A DNA stretch of 64,000 nt from an uncultured Mollicutes bacterium (GCA_900539865.1 UQDS01000002.1:64926-128925), one strand, 5' to 3'; positions 18,493 to 28,774 are shown, counted from the first letter of the stretch. The notes: generated by a model from the letters alone, not told the origin. Numbers and translations are program-made.

Positions 18493-19446
18493 TTATCTTG
18501 CTTTGTATTTACGAACCGCGTTAAGTTCGGCACCGTAATAATTTTTTCCATCAAGATAATTTTTAAAAACGTCGTAATTAAATCCGTTACGCAAAATATC
18601 TTTGTAACACTGATAAACAATTCTGTATGCTTTATTGTGTAACTCTAAGAAAGAACTATTACATTCTTCACCCGTACATGGATCTTTCCATACAGTTCTT
18701 TCTTCATTTAATACTCTAAAGTCAGGTTCCTCAGGTTGATACATTGCAGACAAACCATTACATTTTCCTAAGAACGCACGTTTTATCTTACCATGTCTAT
18801 TCATCGACTCTATAAAGTGACGTGTGTTATAGATAGCATTTGAGTACATGTGTTTTGGAAGTTTACGCATATCAAATGTTTTCTTTAACACCGGAACAAA
18901 ATATATATCGATAAATTCCAGGTGTGATTGTATAAGGGGTATCGTTTCTTCAGGATGTGATAAGAAACGATTCATGCCCGCTTTTTTCGCAAGAGCACAA
19001 TCCAAATGTGTCTCAAAAAAGGCATGATCAAAATGATAATGACCTGTGATATGGCCATTATTATCAAAGCCTGACTCATAAAGAATATATGGATGAGCCT
19101 CTCTATCAAGAACATAGTGTGCAAATTGTCCAAACACAAATGCCTCGAATCGTTTCTTTTCTTTATCGTTATCAATGGTATACACTTGCTCTACCAAATA
19201 ACGAAAATATTTTTTTCCATCTGTTTTATGAATTTGGTTGCCTAGCTTTTTTAACGCAGTGATTAAATGAAGTCCATGAAATGGACGAATTCCCATATAA
19301 AATAGCGGGTCCGGTCCTAAAGAACCCCATGTTAAAAACTCCAAATTCCCATGAAGAAACGCATTTTGATGATTTCTGAGTGATTTGTCATCCGCCTCAT
19401 TGTATAGGCGCTTAACAATCAAAGAATGTGCTAATAAATTCGGCAT
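18493..19446 (-). CDS. zinc-dependent phospholipase C family protein (cytoplasmic type)
   Basis: His-rich blocks (HYVLDREAHPY, HYHFDHAFFETH) resemble the zinc ligands of PLC / alpha-toxin N-domain. No signal peptide. Confidence 0.45.
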   Translation of the reverse strand: MPNLLAHSLIVKRLYNEADDKSLRNHQNAFLHGNLEFLTWGSLGPDPLFYMGIRPFHGLHLITALKKLGNQIHKTDGKKYFRYLVEQVYTIDNDKEKKRFEAFVFGQFAHYVLDREAHPYILYESGFDNNGHITGHYHFDHAFFETHLDCALAKKAGMNRFLSHPEETIPLIQSHLEFIDIYFVPVLKKTFDMRKLPKHMYSNAIYNTRHFIESMNRHGKIKRAFLGKCNGLSAMYQPEEPDFRVLNEERTVWKDPCTGEECNSSFLELHNKAYRIVYQCYKDILRNGFNYDVFKNYLDGKNYYGAELNAVRKYKAR

Positions 19447-19461
19447 TACGATTCACAACTA

Positions 19462-20103
19462 TTAAAAATCAATTTTTACAATAGATCCCACAACACCGGT
19501 GGCAGCTCCACCAACAGCATTAGATTCATCGGTATCAATATGCATAGCTAAAGCATATTTTTCAGACACACGGATAACAGTATCGCCTAGAACAGCGCTT
19601 CTTCCATTGGAAGAAACAATTTTAACAGCAACAATATCGCCATTGGCAACTCCAAAATTTTCTGCGTCAGCAGGTGTCATATGAATATGACGTTTTGCAA
19701 CTATCATACCTTCGGCACAATCATAAGATTTGCCGTTTAAAGGATTTACTAATGTTACAGGAGCGGATCCTTTAATATCACCCGATTCTCTAACAGGAAC
19801 GTTTGCCTTTAAAGAGCGGGCTTCAGTCATTGAGATTTCAACCTGGTTAGCATTTCTAACAGGTCCCAAAATAGACATGTTTTTAATCGTGAAATCCTTG
19901 TTTTCCATCTCACCTGTGACTTTGTTCTTAATAGACGCGTGATAAACAATATCAAGTCTCTTATCAGATGCAAATTGGCCGGGTTGAGACAGCATTTTTC
20001 TAACGCCTAAAGTGGCTCCTTCGCCAAATAAATACTCCAATGCTTCCTGTGTTACATGAATATGATGTGCACTGGTTTCAACAATAAAAGTTTTTTCAGA
20101 CAT
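19462..20103 (-). CDS. PduL/EutD-type phosphate acyltransferase
   Basis: Two PduL repeats with HHIH and HIHMTPADA motifs. Start set at the second ATG because the first overlaps the GAGGT RBS. Confidence 0.7.
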   Translation of the reverse strand: MSEKTFIVETSAHHIHVTQEALEYLFGEGATLGVRKMLSQPGQFASDKRLDIVYHASIKNKVTGEMENKDFTIKNMSILGPVRNANQVEISMTEARSLKANVPVRESGDIKGSAPVTLVNPLNGKSYDCAEGMIVAKRHIHMTPADAENFGVANGDIVAVKIVSSNGRSAVLGDTVIRVSEKYALAMHIDTDESNAVGGAATGVVGSIVKIDF

Positions 20104-20195
20104 ATGTTTATACCTCACAATTGAATTTTACCACAAAACAACAAAAAAAGTGAAAAAATAGTGGTAATAGATACAAAAACATTATTTTTATAACA

Positions 20196-20222
20196 AAGAA
20201 AAAATCTTCCTCGAGGAAGATT
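20196..20222 (-). terminator. rho-independent terminator of the NifU-like gene
   Basis: Hairpin TCTTCCTC-GAGGAAGA followed by a U-run on the minus strand. Confidence 0.7.
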
Positions 20223-20593
20223 TATTCACTAAATTTGGTGTCTTTATGAGTTCTATTGTATTCTTCAAGTTCTTTATTAGCCTGTTCCTCTTCACGTAAA
20301 CGACGAAGCAAGTCTTCAAAAGACTCTTGATATTCGCTTTTAACTAACTGCACATCCTTAATTTCCGGAATTTCATCCATTAATAATACAGCCACAGAAT
20401 CAGAAACATCTGTGCTCGCTTCAATGCAACCATCACAAGCGCCTAACATTTGAACATAGCATGTCCCTGTATCATCATCATAATGATCCAATTTAATATC
20501 TCCACCATCTCTTTGCAAAAAGGGACGAAGACGTTCTAATACAAATTCGATTTTTTCTTCAATCGATTGCATGTTGTTTAATTCATCAGTCAT
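20222..20593 (-). CDS. NifU-like Fe-S cluster scaffold domain protein
   Basis: Nfu/NifU C-terminal domain motif CxxC (GACDGC) with flanking conserved residues. Confidence 0.7.
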   Translation of the reverse strand: MTDELNNMQSIEEKIEFVLERLRPFLQRDGGDIKLDHYDDDTGTCYVQMLGACDGCIEASTDVSDSVAVLLMDEIPEIKDVQLVKSEYQESFEDLLRRLREEEQANKELEEYNRTHKDTKFSE

Positions 20594-20711
20594 ATATCAT
20601 TCTCGCTTTCTAAGCTCAATTATTATACCACTCTAAAAAAAATTGTGTTGTTAAATATTTTTTTGAAAATTTTACGCAATTAAGTCCAATGTAAGATAGG
20701 GGGTATAAAAA

Positions 20712-21857
20712 ATGTTAGAAAACATTACATACAAATATAGAATTTATCTAACCGAAGACCAAAAGAAAACATTTACAAAAATCTCAAATGCCGAAACGAA
20801 CCTTATCAACCTTGTTTTGCAAAAAATAGACCGATCAAAATTCAACTATCCAAGTGTCAACGATCTCTTTTTTTACTTAGGAAAAGTAAGAAAAGAAGGA
20901 CATGCTGATATTTTTAATGATCTCTATTCATCGACTATTCCGTTATTAATCAGAAGATTAGCAATGGGAATTAATATCTGTAAGAAAAACAACGTTCCTT
21001 TCCCCATGCCAAAAAATCCTAAAGATTATGTAAGTTCAATCATCTTCAATCCGCAAATAGATAGAATACAAATGGTAAGTCGCAAAAAGATTCGGGCGAT
21101 TTTAAACATTAAAAAATTCGGTAATATCAAACTTGTTTTTCATCGACCATTTCCAAAAAACAGCACTTGCATAGCAACCATAATAAAAAAATTTCCTAAT
21201 GATCAGTTTTATATTTTCTTTGTTTTACAAGGCTCTTTTGGAAAAGAAAAAAATTATGAGTATAAATCCTATGATAAAACTATCGGCTTAGACTTCTCGT
21301 TAAAAAACTTTTTTGTTTCTACAGACCCAAAAATAATACCAAATATGAACTTATTAACTCCAAATAGAGAAGAACTAAAACTAATCAAGACAAGACAAAA
21401 CAATCTTATGAGAGAAAACAAATACTCTAAGAATCACGAGCGTGCACACATACTATATTCAAAATTAGTAACGAAATTAAAATATCGAAGAATTCAAGAA
21501 TACTACAGACTAATTGATGAAATACTCAAAAAGTACGACGTTATAGCTGTAGAAACATTAAAAATGGAAAAAATGAAACAAAACACTCGTTTTTCCAACA
21601 GAGTTCTTCAATTAGGCTATATTGAATTTTTGAAGCTCTTAACATACAAAGCCGAATTAGAAGGAAAGCATGTAGTCAAAATTTCCCCTTGGTATCCCTC
21701 ATCACAAATTTGCTCAGTTTGCGAATATAAGAATAACAATTTAAAAATTTATGATAAAACCTGGATTTGTCCTAAATGTCATTCATTTCATGTAAGAGAT
21801 GAAAATGCAGCTTTTAACATAAAAAAAGAAGGAAATAGAGTTTACAATCTGAATTAA
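20712..21857 (+). mobile_element. tnpB: IS200/IS605-family accessory gene tnpB (OrfB, RNA-guided endonuclease), solo with no tnpA
   Basis: 381 aa. RuvC-I (IGLDFS), RuvC-II (IAVETLKME), C-terminal zinc finger CSVC...CPKC and RuvC-III (RDENAAFNI). About 280 bp of non-coding sequence follows, as expected for the right end and its omega RNA. Confidence 0.8.
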
Positions 21858-22140
21858 AATTTATTCCCATGCCTCAGGGGAATTAGCCACGAAGTTCTGA
21901 GAAAAAATACCCTCTTAAGAAAACTCTTGAAGTGGTAATTGAAGTGTTCTTCAATAGAGGACGGTTCGAACCTTCTATTTATTTAAAAATCCCGATATCT
22001 CTTTATGCAAATAAGATATGAAGAGTTTAATCGGGTTTTTAATTTTAAAGACGTAAATAAGCCAGTTTGCGTTATATATAGTTGAAAAAACAAACAAAAA
22101 AAATAGGCCTTTAATCAAGGGCCATTAAGCATTTAAAGAG

Positions 22141-22228
22141 TGGTGCCCGGGGCCGGACTTGAACCGGCACGGATTATGAGTCCGCAGGATTTTAAATCCT
22201 GTGCGTCTACCGATTTCGCCACCCGGGC
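22141..22228 (-). tRNA. tRNA-Leu (anticodon TAA)
   Basis: Cloverleaf with long variable arm, anticodon loop UUUAAAA, CCA encoded. Confidence 0.85.
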
Positions 22229-22234
22229 ACTAGA

Positions 22235-22310
22235 TGGTGACTCGTACGGAACTCGAATCCGTGGCCCCTTGATTAAAAGTCAAGTGCTCTACCAACTGAG
22301 CTAACGAGTC
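22235..22310 (-). tRNA. tRNA-Lys (anticodon TTT)
   Basis: Cloverleaf, anticodon loop CUUUUAA, CCA encoded. Confidence 0.85.
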
Positions 22311-22323
22311 AGATAACGCAAAC

Positions 22324-22398
22324 TGGCTGGGAAAGAAGGACTCGAACCTTCGCATGTCAGAGTCAAAGTCTGATGCCTTACCGCTTGGCTATTTCCCA
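22324..22398 (-). tRNA. tRNA-Gln (anticodon TTG)
   Basis: Acceptor UGGGAAA/UUUCCCA, anticodon loop CUUUGAC, CCA encoded. Confidence 0.8.
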
Positions 22399-22438
22399 AT
22401 GTATGTTGGGACGAATTAATGCCGAACACCAGAGAGAG

Positions 22439-22522
22439 TGGTGGGCGGTCGTGGATTCGGACCACGGAACCCAAAGGAACAGATTTACAGTCTGCCGCGT
22501 TTGACCACTTCGCTAACCGCCC
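22439..22522 (-). tRNA. tRNA-Tyr (anticodon GTA)
   Basis: Long variable arm, anticodon loop ACUGUAAAU, CCA encoded. Confidence 0.85.
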
Positions 22523-22549
22523 ATTATAACGTTGTCTCGCTGATGTAGA

Positions 22550-22627
22550 TGGTGGATGCTAAGGGACTCGGACCCCTGACCTCCGCCGTGTAAAGGCGAT
22601 GCTCTAACCAACTGAGCTAAGCATCCC
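22550..22627 (-). tRNA. tRNA-Val (anticodon TAC)
   Basis: Acceptor GGGAUGC, anticodon loop CUUUACAC. Confidence 0.8.
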
Positions 22628-22646
22628 TGCATTTCAGCGCTTGTTT

Positions 22647-22675
22647 ATTGTACCAAACTAAAAAACAATAATCAA
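22647..22675 (-). promoter_or_regulatory. sigma-A promoter of the five-tRNA operon (TTGATT-17-TACAAT on minus strand)
   Basis: The -35 is at 22670-22675 and the -10 at 22647-22652, reading the minus strand. They lie about 20 nt upstream of the 5' end of tRNA-Val. Confidence 0.6.
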
Positions 22676-22685
22676 GATAAAATTA

Positions 22686-22712
22686 AGGCTTGCTACATTT
22701 TTTTTGCAGCAA
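22686..22712 (-). terminator. rho-independent terminator of pgi
   Basis: Hairpin GGCTTGCT-n-AGCAAGCC followed by a U-rich tract on the minus strand. Confidence 0.6.
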
Positions 22713-22730
22713 GCCTACATCAATCACGAT

Positions 22731-24020
22731 TTACTTCTCGTATCCAGGTTTACCTAATAAGGTAAACATATTTTTCTTGTAAATTTCCACACCTGGTTGA
22801 TTGAACGGATTAACATCTAAAAGATAAGCAGAATATGCACAGGCACGGAAGAAGAAATAAACTAAATTACCAAGAGTATAGGGATCTGATTTCTCAACCT
22901 CTAAAACAATTGCGGGAGTATGACCTTCTGTATGGGCTTTTAATGTAGCTTCATATGCTTTGTTGCAAATATAAGACATGTTCTTTCCCGCAAGATAGTT
23001 AAGATTGTCTAAATTCTTCTCGTCAGCAGAAACAACAACATCTTCATTCGGTTTTTGAACATGAATGATCGTTTCAAATAAAACTGGACTACCTTGTTGA
23101 ATAAACTGTCCCATAGAATGAAGGTCTGTAGTAAAAGTAGCCGAAGTACAAAGCAAAGCTTTACCATCTTTTCCTTCAGATTCATCGAAAAGTTGTTTAA
23201 GCCATTCCCCAATCATTGCATATTGTAAATGATAAGTAACATACATTTCGCAAGGGAATTTAAAATCTGTATTTAACAAATATCTAAGTGCACCATAATA
23301 ATACGCAGGGTTCTTCTTATAATCTAAATCCGAATATTCTTGTTCACCAGCGATAACACCCTTAATAAATTGCTTAATATCAATATTAGCTGTAGCGATA
23401 GGAAGCAATCCAACAGGGGTGATAACAGAATATCTTCCACCAACATCATCCGGGATAACGAAAGTTTCGTATCCTTCTGCATCTGCTTCAGTTTTCAAAG
23501 CTCCACGAGCTTTGTCCGTGGTAGCGAAAACCGCATTCTTTAAGCTTTCTTTTCCAAACTTCTTAATATATAAATCTTTTAACAAGCGGAAAGAGACTGC
23601 TGTTTCTGTAGTTGTACCACTCTTAGAGATAACATTTATTGCGAATTTCTTGTTCTTAAGATGATGTAAAACCTGAGCAGTGTAATCTGGTGATAATGTA
23701 TTTCCGAAGAAAATTATTTCAAAATCATCAGATGCATATAAGCCATTAATTGCTTCAATAACCGCTCTCGCACCAAGGTATGATCCACCAATACCGCAAA
23801 CCACCAAGCAATCAAAATTTTCGCGAATTTTCTTTCCTGCCGCAGCAATACGATTGATCTCATCCTCGGATAATTTAGATGTATAGTCTAACCAACCAAG
23901 GAAATCATTTCCCTCACCACTTCTATCTTTGATAGTCTTAGCAACTTGATATCCCTTTTCATCAATTTTACTGAAATCTAATTTTGATAAATCAACTCCA
24001 TGTAAAGAAACGTTAATCAT
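22731..24020 (-). CDS. pgi: glucose-6-phosphate isomerase (Gram-positive about 430-450 aa type)
   Basis: Full-length match to the Firmicutes Pgi pattern (DYTSKLSEDE..., GGRYSV...). Confidence 0.9.
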   Translation of the reverse strand: MINVSLHGVDLSKLDFSKIDEKGYQVAKTIKDRSGEGNDFLGWLDYTSKLSEDEINRIAAAGKKIRENFDCLVVCGIGGSYLGARAVIEAINGLYASDDFEIIFFGNTLSPDYTAQVLHHLKNKKFAINVISKSGTTTETAVSFRLLKDLYIKKFGKESLKNAVFATTDKARGALKTEADAEGYETFVIPDDVGGRYSVITPVGLLPIATANIDIKQFIKGVIAGEQEYSDLDYKKNPAYYYGALRYLLNTDFKFPCEMYVTYHLQYAMIGEWLKQLFDESEGKDGKALLCTSATFTTDLHSMGQFIQQGSPVLFETIIHVQKPNEDVVVSADEKNLDNLNYLAGKNMSYICNKAYEATLKAHTEGHTPAIVLEVEKSDPYTLGNLVYFFFRACAYSAYLLDVNPFNQPGVEIYKKNMFTLLGKPGYEK

Positions 24021-24124
24021 TTTTGTTCTCCTTAATTACCATAAAATATACTATGTATATATTATTAGTATATATTAATATAAATATTTTTATCAAAAAA
24101 ATAAAGCATTCCCAACGCAAAAAA

Positions 24125-24829
24125 TTATTTATAATATTCTTTAATCAAAGCAGAAATAATTGTTTTGTCCTCCGGATAGGTAAGTTTATATAATTGTTCA
24201 GAACCTTTTATATTGAAACAATTTAATCCGGCACGCACAGCCTTACTAAAATCATCTGTGTCTTTTTCGTCATATCCACCTTCATATATCTCTAATATTT
24301 TGTCATATTTGAACGCCTGGGGAGTCTGCACTCTATACAAATCTTCTCGATCAATATAGGTACCATGTTTCATTAAGGAGTCCACAACAGGAACAACAGG
24401 TGTTACAGCGTCATATTTCTCTAATGCCTGTTGAATATTAAATAAAATTTCTTTTGGCAAAATAACCCTAGCAGCATCATGTATATAAACGTTTGTTATA
24501 TTTTCATTGCACAAAGATTTCAAACCATTAAATACTGATTCGTTTCTGGTCTTGCCTCCTGCTACTAAATGAAAATCAACCTTAAAATTTGAATATTCCC
24601 GCTCAATAATATTTTTCACCTCGCTTACATGATCTGCTTCGCATACTAAAACAATCACATCAAAAAGTAATGAAGATATTAGGCTTTCTAAAGGATATAA
24701 AAAGGCTTCTTTTCCATAAAAATCAACAAATTGTTTTTGAGAATTATTGTTATTTTGAAATCGTTGACTTTTACCTGCCATTAAAAGAACAGCAGCGTTT
24801 TTCACTTTATGTTCCATCTTATTTTCCAT
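24125..24829 (-). CDS. IspD/TarI-family cytidylyltransferase (2-C-methyl-D-erythritol 4-phosphate or ribitol-5-phosphate cytidylyltransferase)
   Basis: N-terminal AAVLLMAGKSQRF nucleotide-binding motif. Start moved to MENK (GGAG RBS). I cannot distinguish IspD from TarI by eye. Confidence 0.6.
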   Translation of the reverse strand: MENKMEHKVKNAAVLLMAGKSQRFQNNNNSQKQFVDFYGKEAFLYPLESLISSLLFDVIVLVCEADHVSEVKNIIEREYSNFKVDFHLVAGGKTRNESVFNGLKSLCNENITNVYIHDAARVILPKEILFNIQQALEKYDAVTPVVPVVDSLMKHGTYIDREDLYRVQTPQAFKYDKILEIYEGGYDEKDTDDFSKAVRAGLNCFNIKGSEQLYKLTYPEDKTIISALIKEYYK

Positions 24830-24961
24830 AATAATCATTACTCCATTATCTTTTATTATACGCAATATCCACAATTCTTTTTATACTCATTTCGTCTTAA
24901 GCTATAATTAAACTATTATAATATTAAAAAAGAATTATTCTTAAAGAAAGGACACTATAAA

Positions 24962-25489
24962 ATGAAAGAATGGGTTATCGTAATTCTTGTGGTTGTTGGC
25001 TTAATTGCTTTATATTTAATTTCCGCAGGAATCGTTTATTTATTGATGAGAAACGCTAAGAAAAAAACATTTGCGGCATTAGAAAATATAGTCCCCTTAG
25101 AACAAACACGATTAGATCTTATATTACAAACAAAGTCATCTATTGAAGAAGATGGTCGAGTGTTACCTAAAAATTTACATGACGCAGTCGAAATAGCAGA
25201 GAAAACTTTTCAAAAAATTCCAATTAATTATGTCGAAATCAAAGGAAACAACGATTTCTTGATTATGTACTTTAGAAAATATTTGTCTGAAAAGAAATTA
25301 CTAAACAAAGAACTTTATAAAAATTTAGATAAAAAGTTAGAAGAAAATCTTTATTTAGATCCTACCGATAAAACATCACCTTATTATGATTACAATAAAA
25401 AAGCTTCCCACTATAACGCATATCTTGGCATGACTCTTCTTGCTCTTTTTGGAATTAGAAGACGTTATCCAACTGCTCCAATTTTATAA
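24962..25489 (+). CDS. hypothetical membrane-anchored protein, 175 aa
   Basis: N-terminal TM helix. The extracytoplasmic part has no recognised motif. Confidence 0.5.
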   Translation: MKEWVIVILVVVGLIALYLISAGIVYLLMRNAKKKTFAALENIVPLEQTRLDLILQTKSSIEEDGRVLPKNLHDAVEIAEKTFQKIPINYVEIKGNNDFLIMYFRKYLSEKKLLNKELYKNLDKKLEENLYLDPTDKTSPYYDYNKKASHYNAYLGMTLLALFGIRRRYPTAPIL

Positions 25490-25547
25490 GATGTTGAATT
25501 AGATAAAAGACACCTTTATAATATATTTTTGAACGAGGAATTATTTC

Positions 25548-26204
25548 ATGGAATTATTTATTGATACAGCTAACATCAACGAAATTGCTATTGCTAGCGA
25601 TTGGGGATTTGTTAAAGGAGTTACAACAAACCCTGCATTGATTGCAAAAGAAGGTTTGACGCAAAAAGATGTCATTTCGAAAATTGTCACATTAGTCGAC
25701 GGTCCTATTTCTGCTGAAGTTACTGCGGACGATTTTGAAGGTATGATGGTTCAAGCAAAAGAACTTTATGAGATTGATCCCAAACACATTGTCATTAAAC
25801 TTCCAATGACGCTTGCTGGATTAAAAGCTTGCAAGGCTCTTTCAGAGGTTAACATTCCCACAAATGTAACCTTGTGTTTTTCTTCCGCACAAGCTCTTTT
25901 GGCAATGGAAGCAAACGCCACATATGTTTCTCCATTTTTAGGAAGACTTGATGACAATGGTTGGCCGTCTTTAAAACTCATTCAAGATATTGTTAAAGTG
26001 AAACAAAATTACGGTTATAAAACAAAAATCATCGCCGCTTCTATTCGTTCTGTTTCTCACGTTGAATCTTGCGCACTTGCTGGTGCTGATATTGCAACTG
26101 TCCCTTATAAAGTATTAACTAAATTAGTTAAACATCCTCTCACTGATCAGGGATTAGAAGATTTTGAAAAAGCCGCAAAAAAGACTGCCGCATTAAGCAA
26201 ATAA
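25548..26204 (+). CDS. transaldolase-family protein (short Fsa/Tal type)
   Basis: MELFIDTANINEI...GVTTNP signature of short transaldolase / fructose-6-phosphate aldolase. Confidence 0.85.
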   Translation: MELFIDTANINEIAIASDWGFVKGVTTNPALIAKEGLTQKDVISKIVTLVDGPISAEVTADDFEGMMVQAKELYEIDPKHIVIKLPMTLAGLKACKALSEVNIPTNVTLCFSSAQALLAMEANATYVSPFLGRLDDNGWPSLKLIQDIVKVKQNYGYKTKIIAASIRSVSHVESCALAGADIATVPYKVLTKLVKHPLTDQGLEDFEKAAKKTAALSK

Positions 26205-26363
26205 TTTTACAACTAAAGAACGATATTAATATCGTTCTTTTTAATTTGAAATAAAAAAGAGACTACGTATTAATAATTGCACAATATTATATTTTAATCG
26301 TTAGCAATTTATTAAAATAATATAAAGTAGTCTCTTTTTTTATTACTAGTATAATTCAGAAAA

Positions 26364-27974
26364 TTATCCAAAATCTGCAGCGTGGAAAGTATCTGTATTA
26401 TTTGCTTGCTTATAAAGATCAATGAATTTAACTAAACAATCAAACATATAAATAGTTGAGCCTTGATTTTTATCTAATTCAAACTGTTCATATTGATTTA
26501 ATCCATACCTTTCCCAGTAAGTTCCTTCGGAAACAAAATCAATTGTAACAACATCATAAGTTTGACGAGAACTGAAAGAAATATCATTTTCTATATAATA
26601 TGCGTAGAATTTTGTCGAGTGATTATCATTCACTGTTCCGATTAGATTAGCCAATTTAATTCCTGGTACATTTTTAATTACTTTTACTTTATTATCAAAT
26701 GGCGACGTTTTAAAAAGTAACTCTTTAGTTAAACTTCCAGAGGGAAGGTCAGAACGAATACCACTTAAATTATGTAAGCCAATAATTTTGTTTTCGCCCT
26801 TCCAGCCATTATCTACAGCAACATCATGTAAAGCCATCGGAACGAAGCGATTTAATTCTTCATAACGATTGAATTCGCCATCTAATTTACACAATTCTGT
26901 TGTTCCATCAAATTTAGATTTTGCTTCATCAATCGTATGAATCATATCCTGATTTAAATTTTCTTCTGGAGTGTTATGGTATTTTCCATAACAAGACTCA
27001 TAACGATATGAAATTGTTTTCTTTGTTTCGACATCAATTTTGATTTTACAATAGCCACGTGAATTACTTCCACCTTGAACATAAGGTATGGAATTAGGAA
27101 GAAGTTGAGCTTCAAATTGATGAGTGTGCGCACCAAACATCGCCTGAATTTCATCTATTGAAGTGCTATAGGCTACATTGTATAAGAAACCCTCGGCTGA
27201 ATCATGACAACCTAAAATAACTAAATCACATCCTTGTTGTTTTAATTTCTTTGCTTCATTTGTAATCAACTTAATATCATCACTAAAGGAATACCCTGCC
27301 AGCTGAGAAGCCGCTATAGAAGATTCTTCACCGGGACCCATAGCCCCAATAATACCGACTTTAATTCCTCCTTTTTCTACAATTACAGAAGGATCGGCAA
27401 GATTAGTTGCATACTGTCCTTTATCATTGAAAATATTGATTCCTAAAAAGGGGAACTTTGCTGCCTGCTTCTGAATTTCGATATTTTCAATTCCCCAATC
27501 AAATTCGTGATTGCCTAAAACAAAAGCATCAATTTTCATCTGTTCAAGAAGAACATTTGTTAATCTTTTATCTTCGTGAGCAAGATATCCACCCTGCCAT
27601 GCATCACCACAATTAATAATAATGCTAGTTTCAGGATCATAGTCTACATCATGGCGAATAGCATAATCTAATTTAGCTAAACCTAGCTCTCCATGATATG
27701 GAGATTCAACCAACGAGCCATGAACATCATTGAATGAAAAAATAGTGATCTCTTTTTGTTTTCCTTCTTGATGACTTTCCTCAATAGATGGATTAGTATC
27801 GCTAGTATCTGTTTGGTTTGTATCACTGAAAACGGAATCTTGTCCATCGGTAGATTGCTGGTTAGAATCGGATGTTATAGTTCCCGTAGTTCCGCTATCA
27901 GTAGAAGGAGCTTCACAACCGACTAGAATAAAACTAAATAAAGAGATTAAAGCGGCTGGCCATGTTTTTTTCAT
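26364..27974 (-). CDS. lipoprotein, bifunctional metallophosphatase / 5'-nucleotidase
   Basis: Lipobox LVGC. Calcineurin-like motifs (DVHG, GDAWQGG, GNHEFD) plus a C-terminal 5'-nucleotidase domain. Confidence 0.75.
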   Translation of the reverse strand: MKKTWPAALISLFSFILVGCEAPSTDSGTTGTITSDSNQQSTDGQDSVFSDTNQTDTSDTNPSIEESHQEGKQKEITIFSFNDVHGSLVESPYHGELGLAKLDYAIRHDVDYDPETSIIINCGDAWQGGYLAHEDKRLTNVLLEQMKIDAFVLGNHEFDWGIENIEIQKQAAKFPFLGINIFNDKGQYATNLADPSVIVEKGGIKVGIIGAMGPGEESSIAASQLAGYSFSDDIKLITNEAKKLKQQGCDLVILGCHDSAEGFLYNVAYSTSIDEIQAMFGAHTHQFEAQLLPNSIPYVQGGSNSRGYCKIKIDVETKKTISYRYESCYGKYHNTPEENLNQDMIHTIDEAKSKFDGTTELCKLDGEFNRYEELNRFVPMALHDVAVDNGWKGENKIIGLHNLSGIRSDLPSGSLTKELLFKTSPFDNKVKVIKNVPGIKLANLIGTVNDNHSTKFYAYYIENDISFSSRQTYDVVTIDFVSEGTYWERYGLNQYEQFELDKNQGSTIYMFDCLVKFIDLYKQANNTDTFHAADFG

Positions 27975-28774
27975 TTTAATATAACCTCATTTTCTTTTCT
28001 GTTGAGCATAACATAACCGAAATGATTGTATACATCACGTCGATTATAAACGAAAGGTTCTAGTCTAGTGTCTTCAAAAATCCCACCCGCTTCAGTAATG
28101 AGAAGATCCGGAGCACACGTGTCCCATTCCTTTGTTTGATCAGTCATTCGAATACATGCTTCCGCTTTTCCACTTGCAATATAAATGGCTTTTGTCGATG
28201 CACCCATAGGGATAATTTCTTTAATTAAATCACTATGTTTTTCAAATTGCTTTTCTTCAAACTTAGAGCAATTTGTTTTAGAAACAACGAGCGTGAGGTT
28301 TTCAGTCTTGTCGGACACATGCAATCTTTCTTCTGTGCCATCTGCATGAATCAAATAAGCCCCTTTTCCTTTAACGGCATATGCGATTTGATGCTGAGCG
28401 GGGGCACATACTACAGCCACAACCGGTTTATGATCTTCTACATAAGCAATATTGATACCAAATTGGCCATCTTTTTGAACAAAATCAATTGTGCCATCAA
28501 GGGGATCGATGATGAATAGTTTTTGTTTGCTTAAACGTGATGCATCATCGGTATCTTCTTCACTCAACCAAGCAACATCAGTAAAGCAGGATAAAGTTTC
28601 ACGAATAATCTTATCGGAAGCAATATCAGCATCTGTGACAGGGGATTTATCTTCTTTAATTTCTACGTTAAATCCCTTTTCGTAAATTTCCATGATTTTT
28701 TCACTTGCAAGTTTACCTGCTAAAATCATCTTTTGGAGAATCGTCTCGTACATTTCAAAATTCCTTTTCTTCAT
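27971..28774 (-). CDS. inositol monophosphatase / CysQ-family phosphatase
   Basis: WLSEED and IDPLDGT motifs. Confidence 0.75.
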   Translation of the reverse strand: MKKRNFEMYETILQKMILAGKLASEKIMEIYEKGFNVEIKEDKSPVTDADIASDKIIRETLSCFTDVAWLSEEDTDDASRLSKQKLFIIDPLDGTIDFVQKDGQFGINIAYVEDHKPVVAVVCAPAQHQIAYAVKGKGAYLIHADGTEERLHVSDKTENLTLVVSKTNCSKFEEKQFEKHSDLIKEIIPMGASTKAIYIASGKAEACIRMTDQTKEWDTCAPDLLITEAGGIFEDTRLEPFVYNRRDVYNHFGYVMLNRKENEVILK

